NCBI GenBank assembly: GCA_965249625.1
Contig: OZ252246.1
Location: 1,854,365 to 1,918,364 of the forward strand
Reading direction: 5' to 3'
Length of the DNA stretch: 64,000 nucleotides
Source: Nitrospinales bacterium
Lineage (GTDB): Bacteria > Nitrospinota > Nitrospinia > Nitrospinales > VA-1
Under the pieces are notes generated by a model that made no database searches, had not been told where the DNA came from, and saw nothing but the letters and a program-made list of their open reading frames with translations. The translations under genes and the position numbers were made by a program. Positions within the stretch are counted from its first letter, which is position 1; each line of letters starts with the position of its first letter. Shown here one piece after another: positions 46,112 through 57,200 of the stretch.

Positions 46112-47007
46112 GGGCTTTCCTTCAAGGAAGGTGGAGTTCCATTAGAACTTGCATCAGAAATATCCGCTTTTTCAATTTGGGACATCATATTGTTGGCCAA
46201 TTCCACAGCCACAGGAATCAAGAGAATCCCCGTGTAGTAATCGGTGTCGTACTCAACTCCAAACAGCAAGTGTTGGACAGGTTCTCCAGCAGGCAAATCC
46301 GAAATGCCCACACGGGTGACATGATAATTCTTCCCCAAAAACCAGCGGGGTTCCGGGAAAACTGCTTTTTGGGTGGTTGCGTCCAGAGATTTCAAAACAG
46401 GAAGAAAATCGAAAATTGAGAAAATCCGGTTTTCAGTAAAATTCGCATCTTCAAGAGTTCCCCGCTTAACCGTCCGCGTAGCCTGAACCTCAAACAACGT
46501 GTCTACAGATAAGAACAATTCATGAATGGGAATGTTTTGGCGGTCAATGAATTGCAGGGTGATCCAGGGACCAAATCGTTTCAGAAAAATCCGATCCCAG
46601 TTTTTCCTTGAGTCCAGCTCAACCAAGTCGTAAGAAGAAATGATTTGCTCCGACCATGGCCCAGGAAAATCATAATAGAGTTGGAGAAATTTTTCCCGGG
46701 AAACAACAAGGGGGAACCCCGGGGACAACCCTTCAAACAAATGCTTGAAGGAAGAAATTCCCAAAGCCGTCTCTTCCTGAAGATCCAGCGAGGACCGAAT
46801 GGACTTTATCTTGGCTTGCGCTACCAGAGATTGTCTATCCCGCTCCCACATTCTACCTAATTGAGGCCTTTTGTGGTTTTGCCACTTTAAGTGATAACCG
46901 ACACTTTTTTCAAACAGGTTGGTATAAAACTCAAGGGAAAGGAATGCGGAAAGAACAATCAACCCGGCTACACCGTGCCATGGCTTTCTGACACCGGCAA
47001 ATTTCAC
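46108..47007 (-). CDS. hypothetical membrane-anchored protein, first gene of the PBP operon
   Basis: It has a GTG start and an N-terminal TM segment (WHGVAGLIVLSAFLSLEF). It overlaps the PBP gene start by 4 nt. I recognise no domain. Confidence 0.55.
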   Translation of the reverse strand: MKFAGVRKPWHGVAGLIVLSAFLSLEFYTNLFEKSVGYHLKWQNHKRPQLGRMWERDRQSLVAQAKIKSIRSSLDLQEETALGISSFKHLFEGLSPGFPLVVSREKFLQLYYDFPGPWSEQIISSYDLVELDSRKNWDRIFLKRFGPWITLQFIDRQNIPIHELFLSVDTLFEVQATRTVKRGTLEDANFTENRIFSIFDFLPVLKSLDATTQKAVFPEPRWFLGKNYHVTRVGISDLPAGEPVQHLLFGVEYDTDYYTGILLIPVAVELANNMMSQIEKADISDASSNGTPPSLKESP

Positions 47008-47033
47008 TGAATATTATCTCACCGTAGTTTTTT

Positions 47034-48236
47034 ACCCGTACCGGGCATGAAGTTTAATGAAGAGGATATCACAGGCTCCTCAAGGATGACAAATTGGCGT
47101 CTCTTGTCATGCTGAACGACTGCTTTGTCATAGGGTTAGTGCAAGGCGAGATCCTTCGTCGCCTTAGGCTCCTCAAGGATGACAAATTGGCGTCTCTTGT
47201 CATGTTGAACAAAAGGATGACAAATTGGCCTTGTATTGTCATTCTGAACGCAGTGAAGAATCTCGCTTTTCTTGTCATTCGTGGGAGAGATCCTTCGTCT
47301 CCCTAAAGGGACGTGCCAGGCCTTAGGCTCCTCGAGGATGACAAACTGGCGTTTCTTGTCATTCTGAATACTTCGGCTTCGCTCAGCACAGGCTCCTCAA
47401 GGATGACAAAATAGCCTTGCATTGTCATTCTGAACAACTGCATTGTCATTCTGAACGAAGTGAAGAATCTCGCTTTTCCTGTCATTCGTAGGAGAGATCC
47501 TTCGTCTCCCTAAAGGGACGTGCCAGGCCTTAGGCTCCTCGAGGATGACAAAATGGCGTCTCTTGTCATTCTGAATGCTTCGGCTTCGCTCAGCACAGGC
47601 TCCTCAAGGATGACAAAATAGCCTTGCATTGTCATTCTGAACAACTGCATTGTCATTCTGAACGAAGTGAAGAATCTCGCTTTTCCTGTCATTCGTAGGA
47701 GAGATCCTTCGTCTCCCTAAAGGGACGTGCCAGGCCTTAGGTTCCTCGAGGATGACAAATCTGAATGCTTCGGCTTCGCTCAGCACAGGCTCCGCATTGT
47801 CATTCTGAACGAAGTGAAGAATCTCGCTTTTCTGTCATTCAGGGAGAGATTCTTCGTCGCCTTGTTCCTCAGAATGACAAACCACGTTGTTCCTCAGAAT
47901 GACAAAATGGGGTAACCTCGCTTTTCTTGTCATTCTGAATGCTTCGGCTTCGCTCAGCACAGGCTCCGCTTTGTCATTCTGAACGAAGTGAAGAATCTCG
48001 CTTTTCTTGTCATTCAGGGAGAGATTCTTCGTCACCTTGTTCCTCAGAATGACAAAATGGCCTTGCTTTGTCATGTTGAACAAAAGGATGACAAACTGGC
48101 CTTGTATTGTCATTCTGAACGAAGTGAAGAATCTCGCTTTTCTGTCATTCAGAGAGAGATTCTTCGTCACCTTGTTCCTCAGAATGACAAACCACGTTGT
48201 TCCTCAGAATGACAAACTGGGGTAATCTCGCTTCTC
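47034..48236. repeat. mosaic repeat array B (1.2 kb)
   Basis: It starts with an M1 module (acccgtaccgggcatgaagtttaatgaagaggatatcac). A dense patchwork follows, made of gtcattctgaacgaagtgaagaatctcgc, gagat(c/t)cttcgtc..., ggctcctcaaggatgacaaa and ttgttcctcagaatgacaaa modules. Many occur as mutually inverted pairs. The array fills the whole space between the giant gene's stop (48237) and the PBP operon start (47007). Confidence 0.9.
47281..47840. repeat. 207-bp tandem direct repeat inside array B (2 full copies plus 1 copy with deletions)
   Basis: Units are 47281..47487, 47488..47694 and 47695..47840 (shortened). Track ORFs 47303..47485 and 47510..47692 are offset by exactly 207 nt and are nearly identical. 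Confidence 0.85.
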
Positions 48237-51200
48237 TTAAAACCGGATATCGCCTTTCAGCATGATGGCGTGGTCAGTAACATTGCTGTTACTCTCTCTG
48301 CGCTCACCGGTCAGGTTCAGGTCAAACAACGCATCAAGTTCCCATCTCATCCCCAGGCGGTAACTTCTGGAAGAGTCGCCGAGAGTCATCTCACTGTAGG
48401 GAGTCAGCAGTCCCCGTCCGTCGGGAGCGGTCAGTCCGTAACCCAGGCGGGCATCCAATCGCGCGCCGTAACCCTGGTCACCGCTGACCTCATCGCCCAG
48501 GCCCTGCTGCCATACTTTTTGCGTGCCACTGCCTGTATCGCCGTAACCGGGACTCAGGCTGAACGACAGTCCCCGTCCGTTGCTGCTCTGCTCCAGAAGA
48601 ATCAGGCCGGAAACACCCCATTCCTCATAGTTGTCCCGTCCTACCAGGGTGCGGGCCCTGCCTTCCAAGGTCAGGCCGGCGGTCGGATCGGTGTAGCGGA
48701 AACCGGCGCCCAGCTCGGCCCCGAAACCGGTCTCGCCGTCACCGCCGTCATACCGCACTCCAGCCTCCAGGCTCGGTTCCACATAAGCCCCGTCAGCCAG
48801 CGTATGCTTATACGCCCCTTCCAGGATCATGCGCAACAGGCTGGACTCCACTTCCAGTCCCGCTATATCATCACTGCCCTCCACTTCCATCTCAGTCAGC
48901 AAAGCTGAACTCTTGAGCTGGAACAGGACCGGGCCTGCCCGCGACAACTGGGCATTGCTACCCACAGCCACGTTCCACGCTTCAACATCGCTCGATGCCG
49001 GGTCCTGCTCATCAGTGATCTCCAGGTCACCCCAGCCGTAGCCGGCAGTGGCCCACAGGTCCAGCTGTCCGGCCAGCGCCTCCCAGCTCACATAAGGGTG
49101 GACGCTGGTGAGGTCCAGCTCGTAATCGCCGCTGCTATCGTCGCCGTCCTGATAGTCCAGATCGCCATGGCTCCAGGATACTGTCAGACCCGTCAGCAGG
49201 TCGTCACGCGGTCGGCCATCCAGTCCCAGATGGGCGCTGAACAGGCTGCCGTCCCAGTCGATTGTCCCGCCGGAACCTTCGAGACTGCGGTAGCCGCCCC
49301 CGCCCCACAAGGTCAGGGAGGACAGTATCCCGCTGTCCGGTCCGCCCGCATCACTCAACGGCAGTACGAAGTCGGAGTTACCCAGCACATCCTTAAGACT
49401 CAGCGTACCGTCAGCAATGGCCTGGCCGTGGGCAGATGCCGCCCCGGCCAATGTGGACTGCCCGGCAATAGTGACGGACCGGGCATTGCCGCCGTTCCCA
49501 GCCTGACTGATACGTTGCGTTATCGCGCTCACCGTCTGGTCCGCTATGGCACGCGCCATTTCCGGCAGGATCACGGCATTGAGGTCGGTAAACCCCTCGT
49601 CCGTCACATTGGTAACCCTCACCGTTACCGCAACTGCGTCGCTGGTCCCGCTCGCGTCATCGGTGGCGGTGACGGTGATTTCATAATCGTTGTCGGTGTT
49701 GGCATCGGTCGGCATCTCAAAGTCCGGCGGGGTGCTGAAGGTCAAGACGCCAGCGTTAGTGATGGAGAAGTCATCCGCATCGGCCCCGCCGAGGGCGTAA
49801 CTGGTAATGGTCCTGCTATCAGTCGTGGTCGCGCTGAAGGAGTGCACTTCTGCCGTATCATTCTCGGCAAATACTATCGGTGTTGTTGGTGGTGGAGTCA
49901 CAACCGGTTTGGTCGGGGTCGCGGCCTGCACGGCGGCGGTCGGGTTGCTGGTGACTGCTTTACCGCTACCCTCACCATCGGTGTAAGTGGCGATGACTCG
50001 AATGGTCCTGTCTTCATCGGTTGCCACCGGCGTGTAGGTTGCACCGGTGCCCGCGCCGCTGATGTCGGTGTAGGTACCGTCTCCGCCTGCACTTCGCCAT
50101 TGATAGGTGATGGTGCCAACTTCCACACCATCCGGCGAATCCGCGTCGGTTACCGTGCCGGCGGTCAATTCCACGCTAACCCGCGCGGTGCCGGTGATGT
50201 CGCTGATGGCACCCGTCTCATCCACATTGGTAACCGTCACCGTTACCGCCAGCGGTGCGCTTGCCAGGTTGCTTGGGACGCCATTGGTTTCCGTGGCGGT
50301 AATGGTGACCTCGTAGGTCTCGGTGTGTGCATCGTCTTCAAAGTCCGGCGGATTGTTGAAAGTCAATTCGCCCTTATTAGGAGCAGCGCTATTAGGAGCA
50401 ATCGAGAACAATGCCGCATCCGTGCCGCCAGTGATTGACCAGATGATGGCGTTGCCCTCGGCATCGGTCGCGGTGTAGGTCTCCACCGGGGTGTCGGCGT
50501 TCTCGGCATAATTCGGTGCTGCATTGCCACTGACTACCGGCGCGGTGTTAGCCGCTGCCGCCGTCGCCATGCCGTTCACGCTCGCCGCGCTCTCGGGGCC
50601 TGGGTTCGGGGTGGTGGCAGCATCCATCACGCTGTTCGCGGCAAGGATCAGGCTGAAGGTTGCCGCGGTCGGGGTGAAGTTGATGGTGTAGGCGGCACCG
50701 CTACCGCTCACGCTATTCACCGTGACAAAGGTGGAAGTGGAGAAAGCATCCACCACCAAACCGGTTACCGCCTCGTTGAAGGTGATGCCGTGATCCTGCG
50801 GCGTGCCAATCACACCTGCGGTAATGGTGCCGAGGGTCACCGTCGGCGCGGTGGTGTCAGGTACATCCGTTACTGTGTATGTTCTAGTTACCGAGGTAGC
50901 CGCATTGCCTGATGCATCTACAGAATCATAAGTGATTATGTAATCGTCTAGTGTGCCAACCTCAACAGTTCCCGTTGTAGTCACTGCAGAACCGTCATCA
51001 GTTGTGACTCCATCAAGTAAGTTAGGTGGTGCTGAACCAATTTGTAGTGTAACGGTAGAAGGAACAACTGTGATGACTGGCGCTGTGGTATCAAGCGTAA
51101 TGACTAATTCTGATGACGCACCAGATTCATTACCTGCTGCATCCGTAGCCGTTGCGGTGAAGGTGTTGGCGCCTTCAGATAGTGCAACTGCTGCAAATGA

Positions 51201-54200
51201 GAAATCCCCTGAGCCATCAGCAGTTGTTGTACCCGCTGAGGTTGTTCCATTGAATAGTGCTACAGTCGCTGCGGCCTCAGCCGTGCCCTCAATTGTGATT
51301 GGCGATGAACCAACAGTTGCCGGTGCTGTGGTAATTGCAGGAACTGCCGGTGCTGTGGTGTCCTCCACAGTAATTACAATTGATTGTTGGGCTGGTGTGT
51401 TACCTGCCGCATCATCCGGCGCATTATATAATACGGTGTAAACTCCTACAGCACTGGTGTCAGGTGTGTCGCCTGTAATTGCTACTGCTCCAGAGTAAGC
51501 CGGGTCATTATCAGTTACCGTAGCGCCAAGTTCAGTGTAAGTGTTGGTTGCAGTTAACTCTATTGTTTCACTAGATCCTGCTACTGCGATAACTGGTGGG
51601 GTAGTATCTGTAACGGTAACTGTTCTGGTTACTGTTTCCGCAGAATTTCCAGACGCATCATCCACATTAAAGGTTACAGTGTATGTATTAGCCACACTGG
51701 TATTAACCGTATCGCCACCAACAACTACACCACTTGCGATATCTCCATCAGCATCATCAGTGGCAGAATAGGTAAATGGCGTGTATTCCGCTCCAAGTTC
51801 AACAGAGAATGAATCTTCAACAACTGCGATTACTGGTAGGGTAACATCATCAGCCGTAGTAGTTGTAGTTACAGGCAGATCAGCAGAGTTGTCACTCGTC
51901 CCGGCAGCGTTAGTTGATGTGGCGTGATATGTATACGCTGTTCCGGCAGTCAATCCAGTATCAGTGTAGGATGTTTCAGTGGTAGTAGTTGTTATGGAAG
52001 CGCCATCTCTAAACAACTCGTATCCTGTGGCGCCATTCACTGCAGTCCATTGAATCACAATGCTGGTCGGAGTGACTGCTCCTTGTACAAGTACAGGTGC
52101 GGCAGGTGCTTCAATTGGTGTAGTCAAGGTAGTGGCAGCAACCTCGTTGGAATTAGCAGTTGTTCTGCTCCCCACTGTCGCGGTAATGACATACCTATAC
52201 TCGGTTGCAGCAGTCAAGCCAGTATTAGTGGCAGTCAATGCAGTGGTTGTTGGCACTGTTACATCAGCACCGCCCGCAACAATTCTGGTCAGGGTGTAAC
52301 TATCGGCATTATCCACTGCACCCCATGAGAGCGTTATGCTTGTATCAGTAATTGTTCCTGCGACAAGTACAGGTGGGGTAGTTACAACCAACACAGCGGA
52401 TGGGTTACTTTGCTCGGAAGCATCGTTAAGTGCTATGACGTGATAAGTGTAAGTTGTTCCAGGAGTCACGTCCGTATCAGTGTATGCTGGTAAATCACCA
52501 CCCAGAGTAGTGTGAAAAACCCTTGCTATGCAGCCGGTTTTATCAGACCTAACCAAGCAATAGGCCAAGGTGCCATCCACTGCAGTCCATGTAATCGTAA
52601 CACTTGTCGAAGTGACTGCTCCGAGAATGAGTGTGGGTGCGGCGGGTGCAGTTGGCGCAGGCAAGGTAGTTGCAGTAACCTCGTTGGAATTAGCACTTAT
52701 TCGGCTCCCAACTGTCGCGGTAATGACATACTTATACTCGGTTGCAGGTTCCAAGTTCTCATCAGTGGCAGTCAATGCAGTGGTGGTTACTGTTACATTA
52801 GCACCGCCTGCAACCATTCTGGTCAGGGTGTAACTATCGGCATTATCCACTGCAGTCCATTCAAGCACTACGCTTGATGCCGTAGTTGTTCCTGCAGAAA
52901 GTATCGGTGCGGCGGGTGGTTCAGTTGGCGCAGGTCCAGTCGTTATAGGTGCAGAATCTATAACTGCGTCAAGGCCAAGGAAAATACTAACCTCGCCAGT
53001 ATAATCATAGCCCACTGTTTCTGTGTGAATGTATGGGACGGCTGCATCATTAATGCTAAAGCCAGTGGTAGAACCAGGATCAAATTGAATTTCAAAATCA
53101 CCGGTGTGTGACGACGTGAAGGTTATAACTACTTTATCTCCGTCAGTCGCATGGGGTTCATCGTTGAGAGTGTACACGGCAGGTGAAGTTGGCGCAGCAT
53201 TAGTCCTTGCCTCAACCTCGTTAGAATCTGCACTTGTCCCAACAGAATTTGTTGCGGTAACGACATACTTGTACGGTGTCTCAGGAGTCAGGCCAGCATC
53301 AGTGGCAGTCAATACATTGCCTGTTGCCACTTCAATATCATTAATGCCATCAACAATTCGGGTCAGGGTATAACTGTCGGCATTATCCACTGCACCCCAT
53401 GAGAGCGTTATCGTTGTCGGAGTAACTTCTCCGAGAACAAGTGCGGGAGTAGCCGGTGCAGCGGTCGGCGTGGCGGTGGCTTCGTTTGACGCTTCGCCCC
53501 CGCCCGCCGAGTTCACCGCGCGCACTTGGAAGAAGTATGCGGTGTCGTTGGTCAAGCCGGTCACGGTGTATTCGGTCGCGGTGGCACTGTTTGGAATTGC
53601 TGTCCACGGATTGGTATCGTCATAAGTTCCCGCTGTTGTGCTTTGGCGAACCTCATAGCCGGTGATTGCCGCGCCGCCGGTTGCGCTCGGTGCCGTCCAG
53701 GTCAGCGTGACCGTGGTATCGCCCGCATCCGCCGTCAAACCGGTCGGCGCGGCGGGTGCTGTTGTTGTGTCAGCGGCGGTCGTTCCCGTGTTGGTCACAT
53801 AAGCGCCTGCCACTTCGGCGGTGGCGCCGCTGCCGGCTTTGGCGCGCACGCGCACAGTGTAGCCGGTGTCTGCCGTCAAGCCGGTGATGGCGGCGGTCTC
53901 GGCAGTCACCGCGACATTCGCAGCCGTGTAGGTGCTGTCGTCCGCGCCAGTCACTTTATATTCCACATCAAAGCCGGTGGTCGGGTCTTTGTCGGTGTCG
54001 GATCCTTGCGTCCAGGACACCGCGAAGGCGCTCTGGGCGGGCGAGCCCGCGTTGACGGTGACGCTGGCAATGGCGCGCGGTTGCGCCACATTGGGGATGA
54101 TGATGTCCACCATGTCGGTAACGGGCGAGTTGCCGCCGCCAGACAGGGTCACGCTCAACTCAAAAGTCAAGGTGGTGTCGGCGGTTACATAAGGCGCGGT

Positions 54201-57200
54201 GAAACTCGCATCCTCCATGTCCGAGCCGGTGATGGCCAGCGGGGTGGACGGCAGTGAGCCATTGGTCCCGGTGTGCGTCCATAAAATGGTCGGGTCGGTG
54301 CCAGGATTGGTGATGGTGCCATCCAGATTCACAGTCGTGTTTTCCAGAACGCCAGGTTGATCCGCGCCGGCATTCACCGTCAGGGCGGTATCCACGGTGG
54401 CGGTCGGCGTGGCGGTGGCTTCGCCTGACGCTTCGCCCGCGCCCACCGAGTTCACCGCGCGCACTTGGAAGAAGTATGCGGTGTCGTTGGTCAAGCCGGT
54501 CACGGTGTATTGGGTCGCGGTGGCGCTGTTTGGAATTGCCATCCAATCGACGACGGCGGCGGAGCCGGTGGTGTCATAGTCGCCCGTGGCGTCGCTTTGG
54601 CGATACTCATAGCCGGTGATGTCCGCGCCGCCGGTTGCGCTCGGTGCCGTCCAGGCCAGCGTGACCGTGGCATCGCCCGGCGTCGCCGTCAAACCGGTCG
54701 GCGCGGCGGATACGGTAGGCGGCGTGACCGTCACGGTATCGGTTGCCGCGCTGGTGGCAGTTTTGTTGCTACCCTCTCCATCGGTGTAAGTGGCAACGAC
54801 TCGAATGGTCCTGCCGACATCATCGGCATCCGGCGTGTAGGTTGAAGTGGTGCCCGCGCCGCTGATGGGGGTGTAGGCGCCGTCTCCGCCTGCGCTTTGC
54901 CAGGTATAACCATCACCCCTAACCGCGTCATCCGGGTCGGTTACGCTGCCGGCGGTCAATTCCTCGCCTACCCGCGCGCTGCCGCTGATGTCGCTGATGC
55001 TTCCCGGCTCATCCACATTGGTAACCCTCACCGTTACCGTAACTGCGTCGCTGGTCTCGGGCTCGCTGTCGGTGGCGGTGATGGTGATTTCATAATCGTT
55101 GTCGCCATCGCCATCGGTCGCTGACTCAAAGTTCGGCGGTGTCTTGAAGGTCAAGACGCCGACGTTAGTGATGGAGAAGTCACCCGCTCCGGTTCCGCCG
55201 AGGGCGTAACTGGCAATCGTCCTGCCGCTAGTCGCGGTCGCGGTGAAGGTGTGCACTTCTCCCCCGCCATTTTCGGCAAATTCTATCGGCTCTGTTGGCG
55301 CCACCACAGTCGGTTTGGTCGGGGTCGGCTCGCTCACGGTGACGGTGCGGGTCAGCGTGTTGGAGACATTGCCGGCGAGGTCGGTGGCGATGTAGGTAAT
55401 GGTGTAGTCGCCGGCGGTGTTGGTGTCCACTGCGTTCACTGTCATAGCGCCAGGCCCGGCAATAGTGCTCACCAGAGTCTCCCCACTCCCCACTCCAATC
55501 ACACCCCTATCACTGTAAGCGTCGCCGTGGGCAACGGTAAAGGATGAAGCGCCATTCAGTCTGATGACCGGCGCCGACACATCAATTCGAATCGCACTGT
55601 CGGTAGCGGGTTGGGCAAGGGTGCCGGCGGCGGCATCAGCGGCGGTCATTTCGGCAATGGCATACCTTGCCAACTCACCGTCGCGTGCCTGAACCTGCGC
55701 CGCGACCACCACATAGGTCGCGGTGTAATCATTGTCACTGCCTTTTGTCGCCGTGACAGTTTGCCCGGCGATGGTCACGCTTGGGTCGTCTGCCAATGCC
55801 TGATTGACCGTGAAGGCAAGGGTCAGGGTGTCGCCGTTTATGGCGTAATCACCGGGGTTATCGCTAACGAGCGTGGGTTCCCCTCCTGCGTTAAAGGCAA
55901 GGGCTACGGCGGCCACCGGTGTTGCAGTGGTAGTTGCAGTAAACTCGGCGGAAGGAGTACTTGTCCCAACAGAATTTGTTGCGGTAATGACATATTTGTA
56001 CGGTGTCTCAGCAGTCAAGCCAGTATCAGTGGCAGTCAATACATTGCCTGTTGCCACTACTACATTATCATCGCCATCAACAATTCGGGTCAGGGTATAA
56101 CTGTTGGCACCATCCACCGCACCCCATGTAATCTCTATGCTGGTATCAGTGACTTCTCCGAAAACAAGTGTGGGAGTAGCCGGTGCAGTTGGGGTCACGC
56201 CCGCGGCACGCACGGGGGTGGTCTTGTCGCTCCTGGCATTTTGGGTGCGGCCTTCCTCGGCATAGGTGACCTCGACTCTAATGGTCTTGCCGCTATCGGC
56301 TGGCTTCAGCATGTAGGTATCGGATGGGCCACTGGCGATGTCGGTGGCGGTACTGCCTAATCCCGTTGGCTCGCTTTCCCAACGATAATTGGTGCCGGTA
56401 ACATCGCCATCCATGTTGTCCTGGGTGACGAAATCCGGGTCGGTCGCGCTGGCGGTCAATACCTGCCCGACCTGAACGTCGCCGGCGATGGTTGCCGTGC
56501 CGTCTTCATCCACATTGGTAACCGTTACCGTTACCGCAACTGCGTCGCTTGCCTCGACCGGCGCGCCGTTATCGGTGGCGGTAATGGTGATCTCATAAAC
56601 ATTATCGCCGGCGACGACAGTGGAATCGTCGGGGTCAGCGACATCGGTCGGCACTTCAAAGTTCGGCGAAGCCCTGAAAGTCAATGCGCCATCCGCATCA
56701 ATCGCAAACAAACCCGCATCCGCGCCACCGACTGACCAGGTGATGGTGTCGCTCTCGGCATCGGTCGCGGCGTAGGTATGCACCGCCGCAACATTCTCGT
56801 CAACCGTTATCGCATCATCGCCATTGGTTCTGGTAATCACCGGCGCGGTGTTGGTCACGGTCGGGGCGGTCACGGTGATGACTACCGTGTCGGTGCCGCT
56901 TGCCGGGGGCGTGCCATCATCGGTGACGGTCAGTTCAAAGGTATAAGCCCCAGCCGTGGCCGGCGCGATGAAGGTCGCGGTCGGGGTGGCGGTATCCGCA
57001 TTAGTCACGGCGATTACCGCTGTCGGCGCAGGCGCGCTGTCATCGGTCATGGTATGCACCCAAGCGTAAGTCAGCATATTGTCATTGGAATCGATGGTAG
57101 CAGAGCCGTCCAGCGTCACTTCGGCACCGGCAACTGCATTAGCATCGGCTCCGGCATCGGCAGACGGCGCATAGTTTGCCGTGCCCTCTACACTCGCCGC

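Noticed and set aside
47069-48225. Cluster of 60-111-aa ORFs on both strands in array B (e.g. 47303..47485, 47510..47692, 47835..48170)
   Set aside because: The peptides are translations of repeat modules (FRMT, VILNEVKNL-type strings). They occur on both strands of the same sequence and repeat with the 207-bp period.
47034-48236. Possible CRISPR array (also considered for 28001..28500)
   Set aside because: There is no constant-length direct repeat alternating with unique spacers. Modules occur in both orientations and the intervening sequence is itself repeated. No cas genes are in the window.
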